This document shows positions 22,028 through 35,000 of a DNA stretch of 64,000 bases, piece after piece. Source of the DNA: Eledone cirrhosa. Its lineage: Eukaryota. How positions within the stretch are numbered: position 1 is the first letter of the stretch; every line of letters starts with the position of its first letter. A program made the translations under genes and the position numbers. The stretch spans positions 39,866,001-39,930,000 of the forward strand of contig OZ024744.1 of the NCBI GenBank assembly GCA_964016885.1, given 5' to 3'. A model generated the notes under the pieces. That model saw only the letters and a program-made list of their open reading frames with translations. It searched no databases and was not told where the DNA came from.

Positions 22028-22205
22028 GTGGATTGGCAGTATCGGTTGAGGGTCGGACACAATACTTTGTAGCATAGAGTTATTATGACCCTTTATGGTC
22101 TGAGTTCAAATCCTGCCGAGGTTAACTTTGCCTTTCATCATTATGGGGTCAATAAAATAATGCACTGGGATAATTGCTGGCCTTGTACCAAAAGTAGAAA
22201 CATTT
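22028..22205 (+). mobile_element. tRNA-derived SINE copy
   Basis: ggattggcagtatcgg...ctgagttcaaatcctgccgaggttaactttgcctttcatc...ggccttgtaccaaaagtagaaac; same family as 2092-2276. Confidence 0.88.
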
Positions 22206-22329
22206 ATTTCTTATTCTTCAATTCCTTAATTTACTAAAACTCATGGGAAAATTATCTGTATTACACTATATATACTCATGCACAAGCCACATCTCCATTT
22301 TATGTGTAACATTTACAGTGTAGCATATG

Positions 22330-22955
22330 AGGGGGTACTGAAAAGCTCCTGTCTTGATCATTGCTACAGAGGCCTGGTTGGAAGCCCAAGCTTCTAAGTT
22401 CTTTTTACAGGGCTTAAAAAAACTGAAGGACTGTTGCATGGAACCCCCTATCTTACTCAGAACATTGACTGCGTGGAAACTGTTCAGGGACATGCAACCA
22501 AGTAAATACCCTCCATCTACCATACTCTGAACACCTTACTACCCTGGGCATGGATACATTGAAGCTCTGACATTTGGCAACTGACTTGGTAAACACCCAC
22601 AAAATTATTAACTATCTTGCCAACAACAACCCTGAGCACCTTTTTGAATTCCATGTGTCTAACAAAGTCAGAAAACAGCGCAGCTCCCATGACTTTCAGA
22701 AACATTTTTTCATGCTCAGAATTGCTGAAGCATGGAACAAACTCCCTGCACCAGTTGTTAGCTGTCGAGACACTGCATCCTTTAAAACTTCCATGCTTCC
22801 TGAAATTCGCCAACACTACACCTGATATCCCCTCTCCATACACACATGTATATCATGACTCATACACTGTTCACTTTCCTGACATTTGTACATTATTCTA
22901 TGTACTATACATGCACCTTAGACAATAATTTCATTATTATTATCATTATTATTTT
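22330..22955 (+). pseudogene. CR1/L2-type LINE 3' end
   Basis: DLVNTHKII...KHFFMLRIAEAWNKLPAPVVSCRDTASFKTSM matches the CR1-group ORF2 C-terminal motif (DL...YKI...FF..R....WN.LP..VV...S...FK); ends in an (ATT)n tail. Confidence 0.8.
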
Positions 22956-23314
22956 AATAAGTGTGTGAATTTGAGAGGGAATATGATGTATAAAATCATA
23001 GTTAACTGATCCTCATCTATTTTCTTTTACCCAAAGCCAGGAACTTTATAGCACCCCCTCGTATATTTGGAATTGAGCTTTTGAAGGTTTTGTAAATAAG
23101 TCACACACTGATTTTTTATATGACAATTTTGTGGTAAAAGTTCTGACCTATACACAAGTATACACATATGTTACTTGATACAGGTGGAGAGTTTACTCAT
23201 TCACTTAACTTAATAAAAAGGGGAGTTAAGGTGAGGTTTGAAAGAAGATTCAATTTATTGATGATTCATGTTATTACGCAGCATATCAAACTGATCCAAA
23301 CATTATTTAACCTC

Positions 23315-24022
23315 GAGTAATAACCCCAACCCTAAATGATAGCTTTAAACTCTAACCCTAACCCCAACCCTAAATCCTACTCTTAGATCCTGACCTTAAA
23401 CTCTAACATTAAACCCAAATCCTAATCCTGGGTCTAAACATTAACCCTAGACCTAAACCCCAACATTAACACTAACTCTAAACCCTAAATCTTACTCTAA
23501 ACCCTAAATCTAACTCTAAACCCTAAATCTTACTCTAAACCCTAAATCTTACTCTAAACCCTAAATCTTACTCTAAACCCTAAATCTTACTCTAAACCCT
23601 AAATCTTACTCTAAACCCTAAATCCTAACTCTAAACATTAATCTTAACCTTAAACCCTAACTCTTATCCTAAACCCTAATTCTAACACTAACACTAAACC
23701 TCAACCCTAACCCTAACTCAAAACCCTAATTTGAACACAACACTCTAACCCTAACTCTACACCCTGACCCTAAACCCTAACCCAAACTATAACTCTAAAC
23801 CCTAACTCTAACACTACACCCTAAGCCTAAGCCTAAACCCTAAGCCTAATCCCAACCCTAACCTTAACATTAACCTTAACTCCGAAGCCTAACCCTACTT
23901 CTAACCCTTAAACTTAATCCTAACTATAACTCTAAACCTTAACTGTAACCCTTAAACTTAACCCTAACTATAACTCTAAACCTTAACTCTAACCCTAAAC
24001 CCTAAGTATAACACTAACTCTA
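23315..24022 (+). repeat. Degenerate telomere-like (CCCTAA)n tract with an internal 19-bp minisatellite
   Basis: Mixed ccctaa/ctctaa/cctaaa hexamers and heptamers; actctaaaccctaaatctt repeats with 19-bp period at about 23475-23625. Confidence 0.85.
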
Positions 24023-24669
24023 ATTTATATAATGTTTGGTCTGTTTCAATTTGAAATGTTGGTTAATAAGAGAGAAGTGTTAATATATTGTTTATTTCCT
24101 TTTATAAAAATGTGATTTTCATCATAAATTTTTGGGTGTACAATTCTGCTTCAATGTATAAAAATGTAAATGGTAAATGCATGTATTAATGTAAGTGTGT
24201 ATGCATGAATCTTTGTTTGAAGTTGCCATCGATAATAGTATGAACCAGTCAAAGAATAGTTTAATGTCACTGTGTGGTACCAGTGAACAGAGTTGAGAAA
24301 GCATTACCTCAATTGATAGTGAGGGAGATGCACTGAAAGAGCCATTTAGCCATACCAACTTGCGGGGATCGTTCCTGTGGGTGCCAAATTCCATCTCAAT
24401 AGTGGCCAGTAAGGAGGTGGTTTGGAGATCCAGCATGCCAGAGTCCCAGGTCAGCTCTGACTTAGCAGACCTATGATCAAAGGTGTTGTATCATCCATAA
24501 CTATCCCATCTCTTAAGCATTGTGTATCTAAGACTACATTATCCAATGAGTTTTTCCCTTTTCCAAATGGTAGCGCATGACTTTGCTGCTAACCATAACC
24601 ATCTTGACTCTTTACAAACATAGTGTATCTAGAACTATAATATCCAATGTGTTGTTTCTTTCTTTAAAA

Positions 24670-25130
24670 TGGTAATTTGAGGGAGATTTGACTCTTGTAT
24701 TTCACAGGTAGATTGACCATGTAGAGACATCCTTGATGGCTAATAAGATAAGTGATTGTATTTGGTTACTATTTCTGATAGATCTAATTACCATATAGCG
24801 TCACCTTCGTTGTTTTATAATATGATAAATGGTTTATTTAGCTGCTATTTCTAGTAAGTTGACAGACCATGTAGTAGCTCCCTCATTACCTCATACTATG
24901 GTATATGGTGTATGTGTATGTGACTGCTATTCCTAGCAGGTTGATCCACCATATAACAGCTCCTTCATTGTCTTGTAACTTGATAATGGCATAGGCATTT
25001 GCCTGCTATTTCTAACAAATCTATTTCAACAGTGACCACATAGTGACCCCCAGATTGTCATGCAGTTCGGTAAACAATATTTGGCAACTATTTCTGACAG
25101 GTTGCATGTCCATGCAATGGCTCCCTTGTT
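24670..25130 (-). repeat. Degenerate tandem array of about six units of about 80 bp, derived from an interspersed repeat
   Basis: Recurrent gct(g/a)ctatttct(a/g)...gaccat(g/a)tag units at about 24690, 24765, 24840, 24922, 25000 and 25085. Confidence 0.65.
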
Positions 25131-25339
25131 CAATTATATTTGAGTAGGTGTTCTGGAAGATGAAACAGAAACTAATAATTACAGCGTAAGTCTTTATTAT
25201 TTTTACTATGGTTAAGCAAATTTATTGTAAAAATTTCAATGTCTTTTGTGGTTATGAAAACGGAAGAGGAAAGGAAAAGCAAGGGCTGTAGGGTCACAGA
25301 TGGATGGGAGGAGGAAGGGGAGAGTGATGGGCTCTAGGC

Positions 25340-25745
25340 CTAGAGTGTGGTAGTATTGGCGCTGTACCCCATGGACAAGACCGCCAAAGCATTTCCAGGG
25401 ACAATGACCAGTGACACCCACTGCAACAGCCACCACCCCACCTCACGGGGCTCCTTCTTCAGATGGACTGCTGACATTCTGATCTTGTGGAGAGCCTTGG
25501 AAGTACGGGGTCCAAGGTTGCCTGAAGTCTCGAGGGTGGCTGGTGCAAAGAGGAAACAGCCGAACAACCCCGGCATTTGGTTATCTTCCTTTCATTGTGG
25601 GTTGCAGTACCGGGGTTTGTGGCCAAAGCAACTAGGTTGGAGGTGGAGAACATGTCACAACATGTGTTGTCCTAGATGAGGGATCTACCAACTTCAACTG
25701 GGAAGAGGGTAATTCCATCAGGGTTTTTGCTGTCTCTGCAGTCGA
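25340..25745 (-). pseudogene. Second, more decayed CRE-like RLE domain fragment
   Basis: Minus-strand KNPDGITLFPVEVGRSLI*DNTC, FSTSNLVALATNPGTA and FAPATLETSGNLGPRT...EPREVGWWLLQWVSLVIVPGNALAVL align with the 12465-12870 peptide. Confidence 0.75.
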
Positions 25746-26082
25746 AGCCTGCCGGCTCCAGTTGTGATTAAGTATATCCATGTATTTCATTATCATCATC
25801 ATCATCATTTTATAGTCACTCTTCTATATAATACATAGGTTGCCATTTCTTATTTGGAGTTACTCCCTAGACAAATCAGAGATCATGTCTCACTTGAATA
25901 TTCCACTTGAATATTCATTATGATTTCTAGATGCCCTTCCTAATGTCAACCATTTTACAGAGAGTACTGTGTGCATTTTATCATTGCACCAACACTAGAG
26001 AGGTGGCTTTGTCTCTGAGAAAACAAAAAAAGCTCTCAATACCATAGGTTGCTTTCATTTCTCTGCCAATAACACTTTATAT

Positions 26083-29000
26083 TTGTTCATCCTACCCTAA
26101 TGTTGACACCTATTGTTGATCCTACTCCAATGTTGACACCTATAGTTGATCCTACCCTAATGTTGACACCTATTGTTGATCCTACCCTAATGTTGACACC
26201 TATTGTTGATCCTAACCCAATCTTAACACCTATTGTTGATCCTACTCTGATGTTGACACCTATTGTTGATCCTACCCTGATGTTGACACATATTGTAGAT
26301 CCTACCCTAATGTTGACACATATTGTTGATCCTATCCTAATGTTGAGACCTATTGTTGATCCTACCCTAATGTTGACACATATTGTTGATCCTAGCCTAA
26401 TGTTGATACCTATTGTTGATCCTACCCTAATGTTGACACCTATTGTTGATCCTACCCCAATGTTGACACCTATTGTTGATCCTACCCTAATGCTGACACC
26501 TATTGGTGATCCTACCCCAATATTGACACCTATTGTTGATCCTACCCTAATGTTGACACCTATTGTTGATCCTACCCTAATGTTGACACCTATTGTTGAT
26601 CCTACCCTAATGTTGACACCTATTGTTGATCCTACCCTAATGTTGACACCTATTGTTGATCCTACCCTAATGTTGACACCTATTGTTGATCCTACCCCAA
26701 GGTTGACACCTATTGTTGATCCTACCCTAATGTTGACACCTATTGTTGATTCTACCCTGATGTTGACACCTATTGTTGATCCTACCCTATTGTTGACACC
26801 TATTGTTGATCCTACCCTAATGTTGACACCTATTGTTGATCCTACCCTAATGTTCACACATATTGTTGATCCTACCCTGATGTTGACACCTATTGTTGGT
26901 CCTACCCTAATGTTGAGACCTATTGTTGATCCTACCCTAATGTTGACACATATTGTTGATCCTACCCTAATGTTGACACCTATTGTTGATCCTACCCTAA
27001 TGTTCACACATATTGTTGATCCTACCCTGATGTTGACACCTATTGTTGGTCCTACCCTAATGTTGAGACCTATTGTTGATCCTACCCTAATGTTGACACA
27101 TATTGTTGATCCTACCCTAATGTTGACACCTATTGTTGATCCTACCCTAATTTTGATAAATATTGTTGATCCTACCCTGATGTTGACACCTATTGTTGAT
27201 CCTACCCTAATGTTGACACATATTGTTGATCCTACCCTAATGTTGACACCTATTGTTGATCCTACCCTGATGTTGACACCTATTGTTGATCCTACCCTGA
27301 TGTTGACACCTATTGTTGATCCTACCCTAATGTTGACACCTATTGTTGATCCTACCTTAATGTTGACACCTATTGTTGATCCTACCCCAAGGTTGACACC
27401 TATTGTTGATCCTACCCTAATGTGACACCTATTGTTGATCCTACCCTAATGTTGACACCTATTGTTGATCCTACCCTAATGTTGACACCTATTGTTGATC
27501 CTACCCTGATGTTGACACCTATTGTTAATCCTACCCTAATGTTGACACCTATTGTTGATACTACTCTGATGTTGACACCTATTGTTGATCCTACAATGAT
27601 GTTGACACCTATTGTTGATCCTCCCCTAATGTTGACACCTATTGGTGATCCTACCCCAATGTTGACACCTATTGTTGATCCTACCCTAATGTTGACACCT
27701 ATTGTTGATTCTACCCTGATGTTGACACCTATTGTTGATCCTACCCTATTGTTGACACCTATTGTTGATCCTACCCTAATGTTGAGACCTATTGTTGATC
27801 CTACCCTAATGTTCACACATATATTGTTGATCCGACCCTGATGTTGACACCTATTGTTGATCCTACCCTGATGTTGACACCTATTGTTGATCCTACCCTA
27901 ATGTTGACACCTATTGTTGGTCCTACCCTAATGTTGAGACCTATTGTTGATCCTACCCTAATGTTGACACATATTGTTGATCCTACCCTAATGTTGACAC
28001 ATATTGTTGATGCTACCCTAATTTTGATAAATATTGTTGATCCTACCCTGATGTTGACATCTATTGTTGATCCTATCCTAATGTTGACACATATTGTGGA
28101 TCCTACCCTAATGTTGATACATATTGTTGATCCTACCCTGATGTTGACACCTATTGTTGATCCTACCCTAATGTTGGCACCTATTGGTGATCCTACCCCA
28201 ATGTTGACACCTATTGTTGATCCTACCCTAATGTTGACACCTATTGTTGATCCTACCCTAATGTTGACACCTATTGTTGATACTACCCTAATGTTGACAC
28301 ATATTGTTGATCCTACCCTAATGTTGACACCTATTGTTGATCCTACCCTAATGTTGACACATATTGTTGATCCTACCCTAATGTTGACACCTATTGTTGA
28401 TCCTACCCTAATTTTGATAAATATTGTTGATCCTACCCTGATGTTGACACCTATTGTTGATCCTACCCTAATGTTGACACATATTGTTGATCCTACCCTA
28501 ATGTTGACACCTATTGTTGATCCTACCCTGATGTTGACACCTATTGTTGATCCTACCCTGATGTTGACACCTATTGTTGATCCTACCCTAATGTTGACAC
28601 CTATTGTTGATCCTACCTTAATGTTGACACCTATTGTTGATCCTACCCCAAGGTTGACACCTATTGTTGATCCTACCCTAATGTGACACCTATTGTTGAT
28701 CCTACCCTAATGTTGACACCTATTGTTGATCCTACCCTAATGTTGACACCTATTGTTGATCCTACCCTGATGTTGACACCTATTGTTAATCCTACCCTAA
28801 TGTTGACACCTATTGTTGATACTACTCTGATGTTGACACCTATTGTTGATCCTACAATGATGTTGACACCTATTGTTGATCCTCCCCTAATGTTGACACC
28901 TATTGGTGATCCTACCCCAATGTTGACACCTATTGTTGATCCTACCCTAATGTTGACACCTATTGTTGATTCTACCCTGATGTTGACACCTATTGTTGAT

Positions 29001-32000
29001 CCTACCCTATTGTTGACACCTATTGTTGATCCTACCCTAATGTTGAGACCTATTGTTGATCCTACCCTAATGTTCACACATATATTGTTGATCCGACCCT
29101 GATGTTGACACCTATTGTTGATCCTACCCTGATGTTGACACCTATTGTTGATCCTACCCTAATGTTGACACCTATTGTTGGTCCTACCCTAATGTTGAGA
29201 CCTATTGTTGATCCTACCCTAATGTTGACACATATTGTTGATCCTACCCTAATGTTGACACATATTGTTGATGCTACCCTAATTTTGATAAATATTGTTG
29301 ATCCTACCCTGATGTTGACATCTATTGTTGATCCTATCCTAATGTTGACACATATTGTGGATCCTACCCTAATGTTGATACATATTGTTGATCCTACCCT
29401 GATGTTGACACCTATTGTTGATCCTACCCTAATGTTGGCACCTATTGGTGATCCTACCCCAATGTTGACACCTATTGTTGATCCTACCCTAATGTTGACA
29501 CCTATTGTTGATCCTACCCTAATGTTGACACCTATTGTTGATACTACCCTAATGTTGACACCTATTGTTGATCCTACCACAAGGTTGACACCTATTGTTA
29601 ATCCTATCCTAATGTTGACACCTATTGTTGATCCTACCCTAATGTTGACACCTATTGTTGATCCTAACCTGATGTTGACACATATTGTTGATCCTACCCT
29701 AATGTTGACACCTATTGTTGATCCTACCCTGATGTTGACATCTATTGTTGATCCTATCCTAATGTTGACACATATTGTTGATCCTACCCTAATGTTGACA
29801 CATATTGTTGATCCTACACTGATGTTGACATCTATTGTTGATCCTACCCTAATGTTGACACCTATTGTTGATCCTACCCTGATGTTTACATCTATTGTTG
29901 ACCCTATCCTAAAGTTGACACCTATTGTTGATCCTATCCTGATGTTGACACATATTGTTGATCCTACCCTAATGTTGACACATATTGTTGATCCTACACA
30001 TATGTTGACATCTATTGTTGATCCTACCCTAATGTTGGCACATATTGTGGATCCTACCCTAATGTTGACACCTATTGTTGATCCTACCCTAATGTTGATA
30101 CATATTGTTGATCCTACCCTAATGTTGACACATATTGTTGATCCTACTCTAATGTTGATACATATTGTTGATCCTACCCTAATGTTGACACCTATTGTTG
30201 ATCCTACCCTGATGTTGACATCTATTGTTGATCCTACCCTAATGTTGACACCTATTGTTGATCCTACCCTGATGTTGACATCTATTGTTGATCCTATCCT
30301 AAAGTTGACACCTATTGTTGATCCTATCCTGATGTTGACACATATTGTTGATCCTACCCTAATGTTGACACATATTGTTGATCCTACTCTAATGTTGATA
30401 CATATTGTTGATCCTACCCTAATGTTGACACCTATTGTTGATCCTACCCTGATGTTGACATCTATTGTTGATCCTACCCCAAGGTTGACACCTATTGTTG
30501 ATCCTACCCTAATGTGACACCTATTGTTGATCCTACCCTAATGTTGACACCTATTGTTGATCCTACCCTGATGTTGACGCCTATTGTTGATCCTACCCTA
30601 ATGTTGACACCTATTGTTGATACTACTCTGATGTTGACACCTATTGTTGATCCTACCCTAATGTTGACACCTATTGTTGATTCTACCCTGATGTTGACAC
30701 CTATTGTTGATCCTACCCTATTGTTGACATCTATTGTTGATCCTACCCCAAGGTTGACACCTATTGTTGATCCTACCCTAATGTGACACCTATTGTTGAT
30801 CCTACCCCAAGGTTGACACCTATTGTTGATCCTACCATAATGTGACACCTATTGTTGATCCTACCCTAATGTTGACACCTATTGTTGATCCTACCCTGAT
30901 GTTGACGCCTATTGTTGATCCTACCCTAATGTTGACACCTATTGTTGATCCTACCATGATGTTGACACCTATTGTTGATCCTACCCTAATGTTGACACCT
31001 ATTGTTGATTCTACCCTGATGTTGACACCTATTGTTGATCCTACCCTATTGTTGACACCTATTGTTGATCCTACCCTAATGTTGACACCTATTGTTGATC
31101 CTACCCTAATGTTCACACATATTGTTGATCCTACCCTGATGTTGACACCTATTGTTGATCCTACCCTGATGTTGACACCTATTGTTGATCCTACCCTAAT
31201 GTTGACACCTATTGTTGGTCCTACCCTAATGTTGAGACCTATTGTTGATCCTACCCTAATGTTGACACATATTGTTGATCCTACTCTAATGTTGACACAT
31301 ATTGTTGATCCTACCCTAATTTTGATAAATATTGTTGATCCTACCCTGATGTTGACATCTATTGTTGATCCTATCCTAATGTTGACACATATTGTGGATC
31401 CTACCCTAATGTTGATACATATTGTTGATCCTACCCTGATGTTGACACCTATTGTTGATCCTACCCTAATGTTGGCACATATTGTTGATCCTACTCTAAT
31501 GTTGACACATATTGTTGATCCTACCCTAATGTTGACACCTATTGGTGATCCTACCCCAATGTTGACACCTATTGTTGATCCTACCCTAATGTTGACACCT
31601 ATTGTTGATCCTACCCTAATGTTGACACCTATTGTTGATCCTACCCAAATGTTGACACCTATTGTTGATCCTACCCTGATGTTGACATCTATTGTTGATC
31701 CTATCCTAAAGTTGACACCTATTGTTGATCCTATCCTGATGTTGACACATATTGTTGATCCTACCCTAATGTTGACACATATTGTTGATCCTACTCTAAT
31801 GTTGATACATATTGTTGATCCTACCCTAATGTTGACACCTATTGTTGATCCTACCCTGATGTTGACATCTATTGTTGATCCTACCCCAAGGTTGACACCT
31901 ATTGTTGATCCTACCCTAATGTGACACCTATTGTTGATCCTACCCTAATGTTGACACCTATTGTTGATCCTACCCTGATGTTGACGCCTATTGTTGATCC

Positions 32001-35000
32001 TACCCTAATGTTGACACCTATTGTTGATACTACTCTGATGTTGACACCTATTGTTGATCCTATCCTGATGTTGACACATATTGTTGATCCTACCCTAATG
32101 TTGACACCTATTGTTGATCCTACCCTGATGTTGACATCTATTGTTGATCCTATCCTAATGTTGACACATATTGTTGATCCTACCCTAATGTTGACACATA
32201 TTGTTGATCCTACACTGATGTTGACATCTATTGTTGATCCTACCCTAATGTTGACACCTATTGTTGATCCTACCCTGATGTTGACATCTATTGTTGATCC
32301 TATCCTAAAGTTGACACCTATTGTTGATCCTATCCTGATGTTGACACATATTGTTGATCCTACCCTAATGTTGACACATATTGTTGATCCTACACATATG
32401 TTGACATCTATTGTTGATCCTACCCTAATGTTGGCACATATTGTGGATCCTACCCTAATGTTGACACCTATTGTTGATCCTACCCTAATGTTGATACATA
32501 TTGTTGATCCTACCCTAATGTTGACACATATTGTTGATCCTACTCTAATGTTGATACATATTGTTGATCCTACCCTAATGTTGACACCTATTGTTGATCC
32601 TACCCTGATGTTGACATCTATTGTTGATCCTACCCTAATGTTGACACCTATTGTTGATCCTACCCTGATGTTGACATCTATTGTTGATCCTATCCTAAAG
32701 TTGACACCTATTGTTGATCCTATCCTGATGTTGACACATATTGTTGATCCTACCCTAATGTTGACACATATTGTTGATCCTACTCTAATGTTGATACATA
32801 TTGTTGATCCTACCCTAATGTTGACACCTATTGTTGATCCTACCCTGATGTTGACATCTATTGTTGATCCTACCCCAAGGTTGACACCTATTGTTGATCC
32901 TACCCTAATGTGACACCTATTGTTGATCCTACCCTAATGTTGACACCTATTGTTGATCCTACCCTGATGTTGACGCCTATTGTTGATCCTACCCTAATGT
33001 TGACACCTATTGTTGATACTACTCTGATGTTGACACCTATTGTTGATCCTACCATGATGTTGACACCTATTGTTGATCCTACCCTAATGTTGACACCTAT
33101 TGTTGATTCTACCCTGATGTTGACACCTATTGTTGATCCTACCCTATTGTTGACACCTATTGTTGATCCTACCCTAATGTTGACACCTATTGTTGATCCT
33201 ACCCTAATGTTCACACATATTGTTGATCCTACCCTGATGTTGACACCTATTGTTGATCCTACCCTGATGTTGACACCTATTGTTGATCCTACCCTAATGT
33301 TGACACCTATTGTTGGTCCTACCCTAATGTTGAGACCTATTGTTGATCCTACCCTAATGTTGACACATATTGTTGATCCTACTCTAATGTTGACACATAT
33401 TGTTGATCCTACCCTAATTTTGATAAATATTGTTGATCCTACCCTGATGTTGACATCTATTGTTGATCCTATCCTAATGTTGACACATATTGTGGATCCT
33501 ACCCTAATGTTGATACATATTGTTGATCCTACCCTGATGTTGACACCTATTGTTGATCCTACCCTAATGTTGGCACATATTGTTGATCCTACTCTAATGT
33601 TGACACATATTGTTGATCCTACCCTAATGTTGACACCTATTGGTGATCCTACCCCAATGTTGACACCTATTGTTGATCCTACCCTAATGTTGACACCTAT
33701 TGTTGATCCTACCCTAATGTTGACACCTATTGTTGATACTACCCTAATGTTGACACCTATTGTTGATCCTACCACAAGGTTGACACCTATTGTTAATCCT
33801 ACCCTAATGTTGACACCTATTGTTGATCCTACCCTAATGTTGACACCTATTGTTGATCCTAACCTGATGTTGACACATATTGTTGATCCTACCCTAATGT
33901 TGACACCTATTGTTGATCCTATCCTGATGTTGACACATATTGTTGATCCTACCCTGATGTTGACAACTATTGTTGATCCTATCCTAATGTTGACACATAT
34001 TGTTGATCCTACCCTAATGTTGACACATATTGTTGATCCTACACTGATGTTGACATCTATTGTTGATCATACCCTAATGTTGACACCTATTGTTGATCCT
34101 ACCCTGATGTTGACACCTATTGTTGATCCTATCCTGATGTTGACATCTATTGTTGATCCTACCACAATGTTGACACTTATTGTTGATCCCCACCTGATGT
34201 TGACACCTATTGTTGATCCTACCCTAATGTTGACGCCTATTGTTGATCCTACCCTAATGTTGACATCTATTGTTGATCCTATCCTAATGTTGACACCTAT
34301 TGTTGATCCTATCCTGATGTTGACACATATTGTTGATCCTACCCTAATGTTGACACATATTGTTGATCCTACACTGATGTTGACATCTATTGTTGATCCT
34401 ACCCTAATGTTGGCACATATTGTGGATCCTACCCTAATGTTGATACATATTGTTGATCCTACCCTAATGTTGACACCTATTGTTGATCCTACCCTGATGT
34501 TGACATTTATTGTTGATCCTACTACAATGTTGACACTTATTGTTGATCCTACCCTGATGTTGACATCTATTGTTGATCCTACCCTAATGTTGACACCTAT
34601 TGTTGATTCTATCCTGATGTTGACACATATTGTTGATCCTACCCTGATGTTGACATATATTGTTGATCCTACCTTAATGTTGACACACATTGTGGATCCT
34701 ACCCTAATGTTGATACATATTGTTGATCCTACCCTGATGTTGACACCTATTGTTGATCCTACTCTAATGTTGACACATATTGTTGATCCTACTCTAATGT
34801 TGACACCTATTGGTGATCCTACCCCAATGTTGACACCTATTGTTGATCCTACCCTAATGTTGACACCTATTGTTGATTCTACCCTGATGTTGACACCTAT
34901 TGTTGATCCTACCCTATTGTTGACCCTACCCTAATGTTGACACCTATTGTTGATCCTACCCTAATGTTCACACATATTGTTGATGCTACCCTGATGTTGA

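Noticed and set aside
23315-24022. True chromosome-end telomere
   Set aside because: Highly degenerate and flanked by non-telomeric DNA on both sides
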